From Opitutaceae bacterium (lineage in GTDB: Bacteria > Verrucomicrobiota > Verrucomicrobiia > Opitutales > Coraliomargaritaceae): a DNA stretch of 60,216 nucleotides. A program made the position numbers and the translations under genes. The stretch lies in the NCBI GenBank assembly GCA_051252415.1, contig JBPOGA010000023.1:1-60216 (forward strand), given 5' to 3'. This document shows positions 1 to 9,854 of the stretch, in pieces. Under the pieces are notes generated by a model. It ran no database searches, had not been told where the DNA came from, and worked only from the letters and a program-made list of their open reading frames with translations. Numbering within the stretch: the first letter of the stretch is position 1; each line of letters starts with the position of its first letter.

Positions 1-413
1 TTGCGGGCTTTTATGTCGGGCGGCTAAAGCCAACCCGACTACTTTTGGAGTCAAGTAGGAGAGGGTTTATCCCTCGATACGTATGAAGGCTCAACGGTCG
101 AGGGGTAAACCCTCTCCTACAACAGAAAGAAATGATGAATGCACCCGATTTGTAGCAGTGTGCTTCCCGCAAGGAGCGCGTGGCACCCGTAGTCAGGTTG
201 GCTTCAGCCGCCTGAGCGTTGCGGGCTTTTATGTCGGGCGGCTAAAGCCAACCCGACTACTTTTGGAGTCAAGTAGGAGAGGGTTTATCCCTCGACACGT
301 ATGGAGGGGCTCAATGGTCGAGGGGTAAACCCTCTCCTGCGGAAAAAGAATCATGTATACACGCAAGTTGTAGCACGTGCTTCCCGCAGGGAGCGCGTGG
401 CCTTTTAAGAAAG
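1..413 (+). repeat. Tandem duplication (copy 1 at 1-220, copy 2 at 221-413) of a structured element of about 220 bp. Each copy has a long hairpin, ggagagggtttatccctcga...tcgaggggtaaaccctctcc, and closing complementarity ttgcgggc...tcccgcaa.
   Basis: The two copies align directly with a few substitutions. The hairpin keeps a T-G (U-G wobble) pair on the plus strand in both copies. No ORF is conserved between copies; the ORF 83-328 is not. Confidence 0.6.
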
Positions 414-423
414 GGCCTTCAGT

Positions 424-1566
424 TTACTTCGAGCAGCAACTCGGAGCCGCCTTTGACCTGCGTAGGCGCAAAGCCATTGGTAAGGCAAGCAAACCCACCA
501 GAACGATTCCTGAGATATTCTGTAATGCGGAGAGCTGCATCGTTTCGTGGTGATGGATCACATCTCGAATACTTTGAGTACTGAGAACTGAGTTGAAAAT
601 TGTTCCCGCGATCCATGAGATTGCGATCAGACTGGAAATATAGATCAGTGTGGCATGACGTCCGAGCATTTTCCACACGGCCACCACTGTGGCAGTATTT
701 GTCGCCGGCCCCACAATCAGGAAGACTAGCGCCGCTCCAGGCGAGAGCCCTGCAGCGATTAAGGCATACGCCATCGGGATCGAAGAAGTCGCGCAGACGT
801 AAAGCGGCAGGCTGATCAGTGTGGCGAGGATGAACGCGAGAGGGCCATTGCTCAATGCGCCACTGAGCAGGTCGTCGGGTAGGAGTGTAGTGATCAGGCC
901 TGCGAGAAGGAGGCCAATTAGCAGCGCATTGCCTAGGTCTGCGGGTAAAGTCACGAAGCCATGACGAAGCCCATCACGGAGATTCGGTTTCGAGGTCGAA
1001 GGTTTCGCGCAGCATGTGGCTTCCGGCTCCACCGTCGGGCTTAGGCTGATCGAGTTGAAGTTGGCAGTCGCAGGTGCTAGTGGGGCGTTCGGCTGCAGAG
1101 AGAGCGTTGGCTCAGGTGCTTTCTTCGGTGCTTCTTTTGCAAAGAGATCCACGAGTGTGCCAGCGACTAGTCCTGAAATAAATGCGACCACAACCCGCAC
1201 AATTGTGAACGCGCCGCCGAGCAATGAATAAGTCGCTAGAATGCTATCCACGCCTGTCTGTGGTGTTGAGCTAAGGAAGGCTGCGGTTGCGCCTCGGCTC
1301 GCACCACTGCGATGTAAAGTCGCTGCAACAGGGATCACCGAGCACGAACAGAGCGGCATCGGCACGCCAATCAGACAGGCTTTCACGATCGTGCCGAAGC
1401 TGCGTTTGCCGAGCATCTTGCGCACTTTCTCGGCGTTTATTAGAATGTGCAGTAAGCCCGCCATCGCAAAGCCAAACAACAAGTAGGGCGCCATCTCGGC
1501 GACGAGCTGCCAGGTGTTGAGGGCGAATGCTCTGAGGAATGCGATCATCGGCTGCTTAGTATTCAC
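424..1566 (-). CDS. Permease of the YraQ/ArsP-like family (DUF318); predicted membrane permease with a CSCS motif
   Basis: 380 aa with multiple hydrophobic helices. The motif GVPMPLCSCSVIP is typical of DUF318 permeases. There is a hydrophilic central loop. Confidence 0.75.
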   Translation of the reverse strand: MNTKQPMIAFLRAFALNTWQLVAEMAPYLLFGFAMAGLLHILINAEKVRKMLGKRSFGTIVKACLIGVPMPLCSCSVIPVAATLHRSGASRGATAAFLSSTPQTGVDSILATYSLLGGAFTIVRVVVAFISGLVAGTLVDLFAKEAPKKAPEPTLSLQPNAPLAPATANFNSISLSPTVEPEATCCAKPSTSKPNLRDGLRHGFVTLPADLGNALLIGLLLAGLITTLLPDDLLSGALSNGPLAFILATLISLPLYVCATSSIPMAYALIAAGLSPGAALVFLIVGPATNTATVVAVWKMLGRHATLIYISSLIAISWIAGTIFNSVLSTQSIRDVIHHHETMQLSALQNISGIVLVGLLALPMALRLRRSKAAPSCCSK

Positions 1567-2092
1567 AGCGACTGAGCTCTGACAACTCTAAGAGGAGGGC
1601 GTTGAACATCGAATATTCAAGGTGCCATGTCGAATGGTGAACTTTGATCCGAGGTAGCGCGGCGCCGTCTCGAATGGCACTACCTTTAGGCGGATTTAGG
1701 ATCTGATCTCAGAAAACCTACAGTTAAAATGAAGCACCTTCCCTTGACAGGGAAGGTGTCTGCGCTTGTGGGTTCGACAGGCTCACCACCCTGAGCTCGT
1801 CGAAGGGTCGCAGACGGAATGGTAGTTCACGTATGAGCTGCTTAGACACGTTCGACGAGCCACCTCCTCGGCTTCGCCGAGACTCCTCCTTAACCAAGGA
1901 GGAGAGCTTGCACTTTGTATTCAAGTGGCTCTGTAGATCAGCTATACCAGTTTGCTTAGTGCTAAAGGTAGTGCCATTGCTTCGCCATCTTCACTCTGTT
2001 TCGTCGGGACGCGCCTGTGCTACCTTATATATCGACAGAGGTTTTAAAAATGATCTTGGCCTTTTATTTAGGAAAAGTGATTCTATGAGCTT

Positions 2093-2752
2093 ATGGCGAG
2101 TTCCACAGTCGAAGATTATATTAAGCACATCTATTTAGTAGCCGAGGAATCCGGAAACGAGGAAGTGTCGATGGGGCGCGTCGCTGAAGCGCTAGGTGTC
2201 GTGCCAGGGACCGCGACTACGATGGTCAAAGCGTTGTCAGACGCGGGCTTAGTGAACTACGCGCCGCGTGTCGGCGTTGCGTTAACATCCCCAGGCCGAA
2301 AACTCGCGCTGCATGTGCTACGACGTCACCGATTGATTGAGCAATTTCTGGTCGAGGTCTTAGATTTTGATTGGTCTGAAGTGCACGAAGAGGCGGAGCA
2401 ATTGGAACACGTGGTTTCAGATCTTTTATTGGAGCGCATTGATAAATATTTAGGGCACCCGACCGAGGATCCACATGGCGACCCCATCCCATCCGCCGAG
2501 GGGGAAGTGCTCGCCGATAATTTTGATAGCCTGATTCATTGCCCGCTCGACGCAGAAGTATCCGTCGCACGTATCAGCGATCAAGATACAGATTTCCTCC
2601 TCTATATCGCAAAGGCAGGATTAAATCCCGGAGCCAAGCTACGCGTGATCAGTCGCAGCCAAAGCGCAGAATCAGTAGAGTTACAAGTCGGCCCAGCGGC
2701 GACGAGCATTACCCTAGGCCTTGGAGCCGCGGCGAAGGTTCTGGTGCGCTAG
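2093..2752 (+). CDS. DtxR/MntR-family metal-dependent transcriptional repressor with a C-terminal FeoA/SH3-like domain
   Basis: N-terminal winged HTH (DYIKHIYLV...GRVAEALGVVPGTATTMVKAL). A metal-binding and dimerisation region follows (HVLRRHRLIEQFL...HEEAEQLEH), then a C-terminal SH3-like domain. Confidence 0.85.
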   Translation: MASSTVEDYIKHIYLVAEESGNEEVSMGRVAEALGVVPGTATTMVKALSDAGLVNYAPRVGVALTSPGRKLALHVLRRHRLIEQFLVEVLDFDWSEVHEEAEQLEHVVSDLLLERIDKYLGHPTEDPHGDPIPSAEGEVLADNFDSLIHCPLDAEVSVARISDQDTDFLLYIAKAGLNPGAKLRVISRSQSAESVELQVGPAATSITLGLGAAAKVLVR

Positions 2753-2887
2753 CGGTCTCGAGTCGCCATTATCCATCTCGTTGAAATCGTAAGGCGCTGA
2801 TTCGGTAGCCTTTTAATTTGGAGTGTCTGGTAATCTCTCGCGGAGTTTAGTAATCAAAGAGTCCGCTGGATTTGTAAATGATCGACT

Positions 2888-3319
2888 CTAAATCCGGCCT
2901 TCTTCGATGTCGTAAACGTCGAACCAGTGGTAAACGATTTTTTCAGTTGGGATATTTTCGGGGATGTAGCCTTCTAGGAAGACTTGCAACTGGATCGGCA
3001 TTTCGCTGATGCGCTTGTAGCGGAGGTCGTTATTCCACTGGACGATGGTTTCATTGCTTTGGGCTTTGGCGTTGGACTGTATCCACTCAGCGACGGCATC
3101 GTCGTCGGCACCTGTCGCAACGAAGGCTTGAAATGCGTCTGCGTCGATCCCTGTAAAGCTGAGGAACATTTGATCGAGTGGGCAGTTGAAATGGTATTCG
3201 CCTTGAGTGCCTGCAATCACGGCTCGGCATTTGTCGAGCATGCGGGCTGCGATGACATAGCCGGCAAGGGCGGTGCGTGGGCTACGTGGGAATTGATGGC
3301 TTAGATCGAGTGCTTTCAT
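2888..3319 (-). CDS. Conserved hypothetical protein of about 144 aa (possibly DUF5069-like)
   Basis: This is the C-terminal 144 codons of the long ORF 2888-3682, starting at the internal Met (MKALDLSHQ...). The upstream part of that ORF overlaps the neighbouring gene and is low-complexity. Confidence 0.5.
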   Translation of the reverse strand: MKALDLSHQFPRSPRTALAGYVIAARMLDKCRAVIAGTQGEYHFNCPLDQMFLSFTGIDADAFQAFVATGADDDAVAEWIQSNAKAQSNETIVQWNNDLRYKRISEMPIQLQVFLEGYIPENIPTEKIVYHWFDVYDIEEGRI

Positions 3320-3338
3320 ATTGGGAAGTAATGAGTGT

Positions 3339-4289
3339 TTAAAGTGTTTTGATTTGTGAGGGACTGAGCCATTTGTGTATTTCAATGTGGTCGCCTTTGC
3401 TGAGCGCTGCATTGATTTTTGTCTTCTGCACGGGGTTGAGTGATAAGTGCTTGAGCTTTGAAAATCGAAGGTGCCGTTTCTGGTCAGTGCTGCTAGCTGT
3501 GCGGTAATTTTTTGAAAGGTATAATTTGGAGCGTTTACTATGCTCACCCGCAATTTCGGTGAGTGCCGTCTTATCAGATGCATAGATCTGATTGGCGCAA
3601 CCATCGGCACGTGCTTTTTTGACAAGTTCGGCCCATTGGATTGTCTTAGGATCATATTTGAGTCGCACGACTTCGTGGCCATCCAGCCATCCTGCTTCGG
3701 TTTCTTGCACGCCGTCGATCGAGCCGAGCTTGGCTTCGCCGTCCCAGAAGCAATACATACTGAAGGCAGCTGTTTTCAATGTGTCTGCGTGCTCAGTCCA
3801 GGCTAGGGATTGTAAATAGTGAGGCACTGGCCGCTTGGCAGCCTCCAATGCCTCGACCATGCGTGATGCAGTGGCAGTAGGGGTCCACACACGGTCTTTG
3901 CGGGGAATCAGATCGTTGCCTTGTGTATCGATGAAGCGCATGACTTGAAAATTCCATGCTGGCTCCTTAAAACGTTTTAATATTTCGCCATCGTGGCCGC
4001 CTTTGTTGTTATGGATGGCGAGGGGGATGAAGCGCTCTTCGATGGCGTCGACAATCAGTGGGTGTGTTAAAGTGGATTGCCCGTAGTCAACACAGCCCTG
4101 ACAGCCAGGGACTTCTTGAAAGAGTAAGAGGATGGGTTTGTTCTGCGCTTTAGATGCGGCGACTGCTTGGTCGTAGTTGCGCAGCCAGTTCACATCGCCT
4201 AGCTCCTTTGGTTGTGCGGCAGAGGCGAGTGTTGCGTGTGAGAGTAGAGCGAGGGCGACTAATTGATAGGCTTTCTGAAATACATTCAT
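3339..4289 (-). CDS. Secreted two-domain redox protein: N-terminal thioredoxin-like domain (CQGC) and C-terminal MsrA-like domain (YCFWDGE...GH.EVV.L.YDP)
   Basis: Signal peptide MNVFQKAYQLVALALLSHATLASA. Thioredoxin-like motif PGCQGCV. The C-terminus resembles the peptide-methionine-sulfoxide-reductase (MsrA) GCFWG/GHxExV/YDP core. Start chosen at the internal Met 4289. Confidence 0.55.
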   Translation of the reverse strand: MNVFQKAYQLVALALLSHATLASAAQPKELGDVNWLRNYDQAVAASKAQNKPILLLFQEVPGCQGCVDYGQSTLTHPLIVDAIEERFIPLAIHNNKGGHDGEILKRFKEPAWNFQVMRFIDTQGNDLIPRKDRVWTPTATASRMVEALEAAKRPVPHYLQSLAWTEHADTLKTAAFSMYCFWDGEAKLGSIDGVQETEAGWLDGHEVVRLKYDPKTIQWAELVKKARADGCANQIYASDKTALTEIAGEHSKRSKLYLSKNYRTASSTDQKRHLRFSKLKHLSLNPVQKTKINAALSKGDHIEIHKWLSPSQIKTL

Positions 4290-4351
4290 GGGTCGTAGGG
4301 TTTGAGCACTCAGCCCTGAAATGTATTCCATAAAGGTTAAAAGAGTAGTTC

Positions 4352-4399
<48 letters not shown>

Positions 4400-4474
4400 A
4401 GAAGCTGACTATTAACTCCTGAATATAGTTTAAATGTATCGCGCACTTAGCTGGTTGGTATTTTTAATGAATGT

Positions 4475-5338
4475 GTGCATCCACGAAATCTACATATTGG
4501 TCGTTACAACTTTGATGAATTATTAGAGGCCTGCTCGGACTTGGCGACCTACTTGAAGCCGAACCCTGCTGGGGACCAAACGATTGATTTTGAAGACCCG
4601 GAGGCGGTGTTATGCTTAAATCGGGCTTTGTTAGCGAAATACTATTCAGTGAAGCTTTGGATGATTCCGGCGGGATATTTATGTCCACCGATTCCTGGAC
4701 GCGCCGATTACATACATCATTTGGCTGATCTGATTGGCGAGGATTTGCAGAAGGTTCGTGTGCTGGATGTTGGTGTGGGCGCGAATTGTATCTATCCCAT
4801 TTTGGGGAGTCAGGCATATGGCTGGAAGTTTGTCGGCTCAGAGGTGGACCCTCAGTCAATGAAGTCTGCTCGTGCGATTATTGAGGCGAACCCTTGTCTT
4901 CGGAATAAAGTAAGAGTAGTCGCTCAAAGGGATGTGAGCTCAATTTTCAAAGGCGTGATTCGTCCAGGTGATCGGTTTAACGCGACCATGTGTAATCCGC
5001 CGTTTCATGCGTCTGCGGAAGTGGCCGAAGCTAGCACAACGCGCAAGGTGCGTAATCTCTCAAAAGCGAGGTCCTCGAGTAAGCAAACTGCTCAGAATTT
5101 TGGCGGTCAACAGAACGAGCTCTGGTGCGCGGGGGGCGAGGTCACATTTATCAAACGAATGATTACTGAAAGCAGTGAGCATTCCGGGCAAGTTGGATGG
5201 TTTACGAGCCTCGTTTCCAAGAGCGAGCACTTGCCGCCGATTGAAAAAGCATTAGCTGAGGCCGGTGCTTCGGAAGTTAAAGTCGTGCCCATGCAACAAG
5301 GCCAAAAGCAGAGCCGCTTTATTGCGTGGCGGTTTTAA
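4475..5338 (+). CDS. rlmF: 23S rRNA (adenine1618-N6)-methyltransferase RlmF
   Basis: RlmF/YbiN family hallmarks: N-terminal part (LCLNRALLAKYY), Rossmann region LDVGVGANCIYP, catalytic NPPFH motif. Confidence 0.85.
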   Translation: MHPRNLHIGRYNFDELLEACSDLATYLKPNPAGDQTIDFEDPEAVLCLNRALLAKYYSVKLWMIPAGYLCPPIPGRADYIHHLADLIGEDLQKVRVLDVGVGANCIYPILGSQAYGWKFVGSEVDPQSMKSARAIIEANPCLRNKVRVVAQRDVSSIFKGVIRPGDRFNATMCNPPFHASAEVAEASTTRKVRNLSKARSSSKQTAQNFGGQQNELWCAGGEVTFIKRMITESSEHSGQVGWFTSLVSKSEHLPPIEKALAEAGASEVKVVPMQQGQKQSRFIAWRF

Positions 5339-5369
5339 TGAGGGAAGGGAAGGCAGAGTTAGGCGTTGC

Positions 5370-5729
5370 TCACATCTTCGATTGATAGTCTGGGTGAATT
5401 GCAGTGCCCTTGACTGTGTCGAGTCCCCAGTTCGCTATCGTTTTTATCAATTCGCGTAAGCTTTCGCCGCGTTTAGTGATCGTGTAGATAACCTTTCGTC
5501 CGTCTTCTGGATCGGTTTCTCGTTTGGCTAGGCCATTATCTACGAGCCACTTTAAACGCTGTGACAGTATGTTTGTGGCGATGCCCTCGGGGGATTTTAG
5601 GAATTCGTCGAAGCGTTGTTTGCCCCAGAGTAAATCACGGATGACTAGCAGCGTCCACTTGTCGCCGACAATATCAAGGGCATTGGCTACTGGGCAGCAG
5701 GATCGTTGATTCTCTATGCAAATTTTCAT
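5370..5729 (-). CDS. HxlR-family winged-helix transcriptional regulator
   Basis: CPVANALDIVGDKWTLLVIRDLLWGKQRFDEF...TNILSQRLKWLVDNGL is the canonical HxlR signature. It is divergent from a cupin gene. Confidence 0.85.
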   Translation of the reverse strand: MKICIENQRSCCPVANALDIVGDKWTLLVIRDLLWGKQRFDEFLKSPEGIATNILSQRLKWLVDNGLAKRETDPEDGRKVIYTITKRGESLRELIKTIANWGLDTVKGTAIHPDYQSKM

Positions 5730-5822
5730 TTATACGAAGATGTTACTTGCAATTTAAAAGTAATCAAGTTCTTTTGGCTAGCATTGCTTGCATTCTGCAA
5801 GTGATATTAACCAATACGAAAT

Positions 5823-6284
5823 ATGACTACATTAGATAATTCAATTATTCAAAATTTCCCCAATGCCAGTGTCGGCCACTTTGGCTCGCTGGAGAATTGG
5901 AGCACCACTCGTGTGCCACTCTCACAAACTGGGGACGTGTTTCCTGGTAAACTCTGGATCAAAGATTTACTTGGACTCACTGGGACTGAAGTCTCTTTGA
6001 GCTCGATTCCTGCGGGAGGTAGCGTGCCATACGATCACACCCATGATCAAAATGAAGAGCTCTACATTTTCTTAACCGGGGAAGGGCAGATGAAACTTGA
6101 TGGAGAAATCATCGATGTAAAGGCAGGCTCAGTGGTTCGAGTTGATCCTGTTGCTGTGCGTTGCTGGCGGAACACCGGTGAGACAGATTTGGTTCACATT
6201 GTGATTCAGTCCAAGGCGGGTTCACTCGCGCAGTGGACTGCTGGTGATGGCATGATTACCTCGAATGAACCCATTTGGGATTAA
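5823..6284 (+). CDS. Cupin-domain protein
   Basis: Cupin motifs (PYDHTHDQNEELYIFLTGEG...VVRVDPVAVRCWRN). Divergent from the HxlR regulator, which is a typical pairing. Confidence 0.65.
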   Translation: MTTLDNSIIQNFPNASVGHFGSLENWSTTRVPLSQTGDVFPGKLWIKDLLGLTGTEVSLSSIPAGGSVPYDHTHDQNEELYIFLTGEGQMKLDGEIIDVKAGSVVRVDPVAVRCWRNTGETDLVHIVIQSKAGSLAQWTAGDGMITSNEPIWD

Positions 6285-6407
6285 TCTGACAGTTGGATGT
6301 TACCATATTGTCAGGCAGTCCTGTGAAGGAGGCGGTGTTGCTCGCATCACCGTCTCTTTTCTTTATGAGCTTAATAATCGTCAAATTCGGTTATGCACTT
6401 CTGTTCT

Positions 6408-7166
6408 CTACTGAATGGATTTAAGAAACGCTTCTGCGCCACCTTCCACGTAGCCACTCATTTTGTGTAGTGTTCCATCGGGATTCAGCACTGCAATGGT
6501 GGGGTAGCCTGTAACTCGAAATTTTTTCGCAAGGGTTTTGTTTTGCTCGATGGTTTCTTTTGAGAGCGTCTTGTTGCGCGGAAAATCGATGGTGACTAGT
6601 ATGTAGTGCTCACTGGCATATTTTAGAAATTCCTGCTGTGAAAAGACTTCTTCGTCTAATCGAATGCACCAACCGCACCAATCGGAACCTGTAAAATTGA
6701 GTAGGAGTTTTTTATCCTCTTTCTGTGCAATATTGTATGCCGTCATGAAGTGTTCATACCACATGACGCCAGTGGATTTGTGCGCGAGTCGATTATTTTT
6801 CTTTAAACTCTCTGCTGACGAGAGCACCTCTTTTTCAGCAGGCGTCACCCATTGTCCGCGGTAACTGACGAGTCCCGCCTTTTTCTTCGAGGCATCCATT
6901 TCTGTTTTTGCTGCTCGCTTTGCGAGTAGCTCATTCAGTCTAGGGCTTACAGATACGACCTGTTCATTTTTGAGCGCGATTTTTGCCTCACCATAAGTAA
7001 GGATGTGCTTACTTCCTGCCTTCAACTCGCCATCTGGCTCGCCAAGTGCAATAATCACTTCTCCATAGCTCGCTCCAATGGATATTGTGGTGGCTGTAAG
7101 CAATGCAGGCGTCAACACCAACGAAAGTAAGAAGCAACAGGAGATTCGGAAAATGTTAGGAAGCAT
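6408..7166 (-). CDS. Secreted thioredoxin-fold protein (CGWC active site)
   Basis: Signal peptide. Thioredoxin-like motif FTGSDWCGWC with downstream GYPT (cis-Pro loop). Confidence 0.7.
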   Translation of the reverse strand: MLPNIFRISCCFLLSLVLTPALLTATTISIGASYGEVIIALGEPDGELKAGSKHILTYGEAKIALKNEQVVSVSPRLNELLAKRAAKTEMDASKKKAGLVSYRGQWVTPAEKEVLSSAESLKKNNRLAHKSTGVMWYEHFMTAYNIAQKEDKKLLLNFTGSDWCGWCIRLDEEVFSQQEFLKYASEHYILVTIDFPRNKTLSKETIEQNKTLAKKFRVTGYPTIAVLNPDGTLHKMSGYVEGGAEAFLKSIQ

Positions 7167-7246
7167 CCTTGCTTGATGCTTTAGGGGTCTCGGATAGTCA
7201 ACGGGTTTAAAGTATATTAAATCCGCATGCCTCGTCTACTTGATGC

Positions 7247-8803
7247 CTATTCAGTGTCGCGTTTTGCCTGGGCGCTTGAAGGTAAATCGCTGACTTCAAC
7301 CGTTTCACCTGTAGAATCTATTACAATACTGGATGCCTTGGCGGGTTTGTCTTCCTCGATTTGCTCGCTAGACTCCGCAGGTTCCACTGCCAGAGGGGTG
7401 CTTGTCTCTGTTTCATCAACTGCTATCTCCTCGGTGGCTGTGTTGGATTCAACTTTGTTCGATTCGGTGTCCTCGGATGTTTCACTAGGTTCAACGCCGT
7501 CTGATTCGATACCTTCCGGTTCTTGGCTGGATTCAGGAGCTTTCATCTCGGAGGCTTCACCTGCGACGTCCTCATTTGATGCTACCTTATCGGTAATGGC
7601 TGTGCTCATTGCGTCTTCTGTATCTTCAGTAGTTGTCGATAGATCTTCAGACTCAACTTCCGGCACTTCAACTGTATCGACTGTTTCCATAGTATCAACG
7701 TCTTCGTCAACTTCGATTCCTTCGACAGTATCGTCAAGTTCTGGAGCGGCTGCATCGACTGCATCATCGACCTCATCTGTCGGGAGTTCGGTGTCGCCTG
7801 TTGCTTCTTTTACATCATTCGAGAGATTGGAAAGTGCATCTTTGGTGGCTGATTCAATCATTTCCTCTGCTTCAGATACTTTTTCTGTGACGGTATCTTC
7901 CACAGCTTCTTTGACATCCTCGACTGTTGTTTCCACAGTTTCTTGGATGTCAGAAGTGATGGCTTCTGCGGTTTCGACAACCTCAGTGACGACTTCTTCG
8001 ACTGTTTCTGCAGCCTCACTCAGAGGGGTTTCTGCAGGAGCAGCGGGTGGCGTGTCATCAGCAGGTGCTTCAGGCGTTTGTGCCTGCTTTTGTTGTTCAA
8101 TATATACATATGCACCAGCACCGATTGCGATAATCAAGAGTAGGGGCACCACGAATACTCTCTTGAAGCCACTTTTTTTGACTGGAGAAAAATGCTCATC
8201 CAACGCTTCGCCATCCGTGACTTCGTCGCCTTCAATAAATGGGTTCAGTGTAGGGTCGACGGCAAGTTTGCTTGTATCTATGGACGCTTTTGGTTGTGGC
8301 GCGTCGTCATTGGCCATCTCAGGCTTATCAGTCATGTTCTGTGGGCTAGGGTTAACGGAATCTTCGCCGCCAGTCGAATCACTCGGTGCTTGGGCAGCTA
8401 CGGTAGGGTATGATTCCGGGTTTTTAACTTGGAAATCTGGATCCTCTGCATTCAGCGCCTCGTCGCTCATAAGTAGTCGTTTAAGGAGATGTTTCCCTAA
8501 GTCGTCATCTACAGATTGGATGTCTTTGGAAAATCCGATCACCTTCAGCTTGCGCATGATTTCGCTGTTGGTGTTTGGCTTATGGTGCTTTGGAGAGTGG
8601 AGGATCGTGTGCGTACAGATTGTAGGGGGCACGCCAAGTGCGTCGACGAGGTCAGAGACCGGCTGCAACTCACCGTCAAGGTTCGTCCAGTAAAAGTCTT
8701 TCATTAGCTCAAATTCATGCCATTCAACGATATGTTTCCAGTGATATGGGCCAGCTGGGGAACCGTCTTTTTTCTGGATCGTGAGTTTAATGCTAGAGGT
8801 CAT
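7247..8803 (-). CDS. Hypothetical membrane protein: N-terminal globular domain, one TM helix, long acidic low-complexity C-terminal region rich in E/D/T/V
   Basis: Proper N-terminus, a TM segment (RVFVVPLLLIIAIGAGAYVYI) and an acidic repetitive tail. The overlapping plus-strand ORF 7227-8693 is its S/T-rich antisense mirror. Confidence 0.5.
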   Translation of the reverse strand: MTSSIKLTIQKKDGSPAGPYHWKHIVEWHEFELMKDFYWTNLDGELQPVSDLVDALGVPPTICTHTILHSPKHHKPNTNSEIMRKLKVIGFSKDIQSVDDDLGKHLLKRLLMSDEALNAEDPDFQVKNPESYPTVAAQAPSDSTGGEDSVNPSPQNMTDKPEMANDDAPQPKASIDTSKLAVDPTLNPFIEGDEVTDGEALDEHFSPVKKSGFKRVFVVPLLLIIAIGAGAYVYIEQQKQAQTPEAPADDTPPAAPAETPLSEAAETVEEVVTEVVETAEAITSDIQETVETTVEDVKEAVEDTVTEKVSEAEEMIESATKDALSNLSNDVKEATGDTELPTDEVDDAVDAAAPELDDTVEGIEVDEDVDTMETVDTVEVPEVESEDLSTTTEDTEDAMSTAITDKVASNEDVAGEASEMKAPESSQEPEGIESDGVEPSETSEDTESNKVESNTATEEIAVDETETSTPLAVEPAESSEQIEEDKPAKASSIVIDSTGETVEVSDLPSSAQAKRDTE

Positions 8804-9013
8804 CTGTAAAGTGGGGCGGGGCCAATGATTTGAACCCTCGGCGGGGATAATTGCTTCGAAACTATATCTAAAAAGGCTTATTATCTGTTAGGCAAAGAGA
8901 AATTTGAGCCCTTTTTGTGAAACCTTCAAAAAAGTGCTCAAATTTCGGGTCGAGGGGCTTATTCATTGTCCGGCGTGAGAGGCCTGAGGATTGATTCAGC
9001 TGATGGCAGCCAT

Positions 9014-9784
9014 CTACTTAGCCCCTTGGTTATGCGGTTTGCGTGCGCAAATAAAAAATAAAGACCAATTCATTAGGCAGGCGTTTCTTTCTTCACGAAA
9101 GCCAATAGTTTGTTCGATTGCTTTAATCAATTCATCATCTGTCGGCGCGTGATCCATACAGAACAAAGTTCGGCAGTATTCTAGCATCTCAGCTCTCGTG
9201 TTAAACAGCCAAGGATACGCCTTCTCAACACCAGAGATTACTTCGAAGCCTACTTCATCCAATTGCACTAACTGGTTATTCGTTAAATATTTCCCATGGT
9301 GTCCCATCGAATTAAATTTTCCAACGACGCCGTCTAGAAATTTAGTAGTCATGGATTCTGTTTTAGCATCAGCAATCGCCAAAATGCCGCCAGGCTTGAG
9401 CAATCGATACCACTCTCTGAAAACGGCTACTTGGTCTTCTATATGGTGTAATCCTGCGAGGCTTAGAATGACGTCTGCCGTAGCATCGGGTAAGGGAATT
9501 GCGTCATGTTCAGCGCATAGTGTCTGATCCGCTTTTATATGGCTGCCCGCATGTAGGAAATTCGAAGCTGGATCGACAGAGATCAGTTGCGCAGCCATTG
9601 GTAAAAAGTCTGCGATGTAGCCACCACCAGAGGGTATATCCAGAATAACCGGATCAGTTTGATCGATACGTGCATGTTCAACGAGTGCCTGGAATTCTAA
9701 CTTTCTTGCATTCGGCCAGCGAACCATGGCCTTGTGATACATTTCGCCGCGTGTATCGTAAATGTCTGTATATTTATCATGCAT
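9014..9784 (-). CDS. Class I SAM-dependent methyltransferase
   Basis: Motif I VILDIPSGGGY. Motif post-I and II follow (LISVD...ADVILSLAGLHHIED) and LLKPGGILAI. Confidence 0.8.
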   Translation of the reverse strand: MHDKYTDIYDTRGEMYHKAMVRWPNARKLEFQALVEHARIDQTDPVILDIPSGGGYIADFLPMAAQLISVDPASNFLHAGSHIKADQTLCAEHDAIPLPDATADVILSLAGLHHIEDQVAVFREWYRLLKPGGILAIADAKTESMTTKFLDGVVGKFNSMGHHGKYLTNNQLVQLDEVGFEVISGVEKAYPWLFNTRAEMLEYCRTLFCMDHAPTDDELIKAIEQTIGFREERNACLMNWSLFFICARKPHNQGAK

Positions 9785-9854
9785 GTGATGTAGAATGATG
9801 CTATTTTACGGAATAACTCATCTTCTTTTACAGGGTGATCGATATAATCCAACT

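Noticed and set aside
1-413. Possibility that the tandem element is RNase P RNA, 6S RNA or SRP RNA
   Set aside because: It lacks the RNase P CR-I GGAAAGUCCGG motif and the SRP GGAAG/AGCAG motifs. The size and duplication do not fit.
2888-3682. Full 264-aa version of the minus-strand ORF
   Set aside because: The N-terminal 120 codons overlap the downstream end of the neighbouring gene (3339-4289) and are low-complexity. The internal Met at 3319 gives a compact protein.
7227-8693. Plus-strand ORF of 488 aa rich in Ser/Thr
   Set aside because: It is the antisense reading of the acidic low-complexity tail of the minus-strand gene 7247-8803. It has no proper domain or start context.
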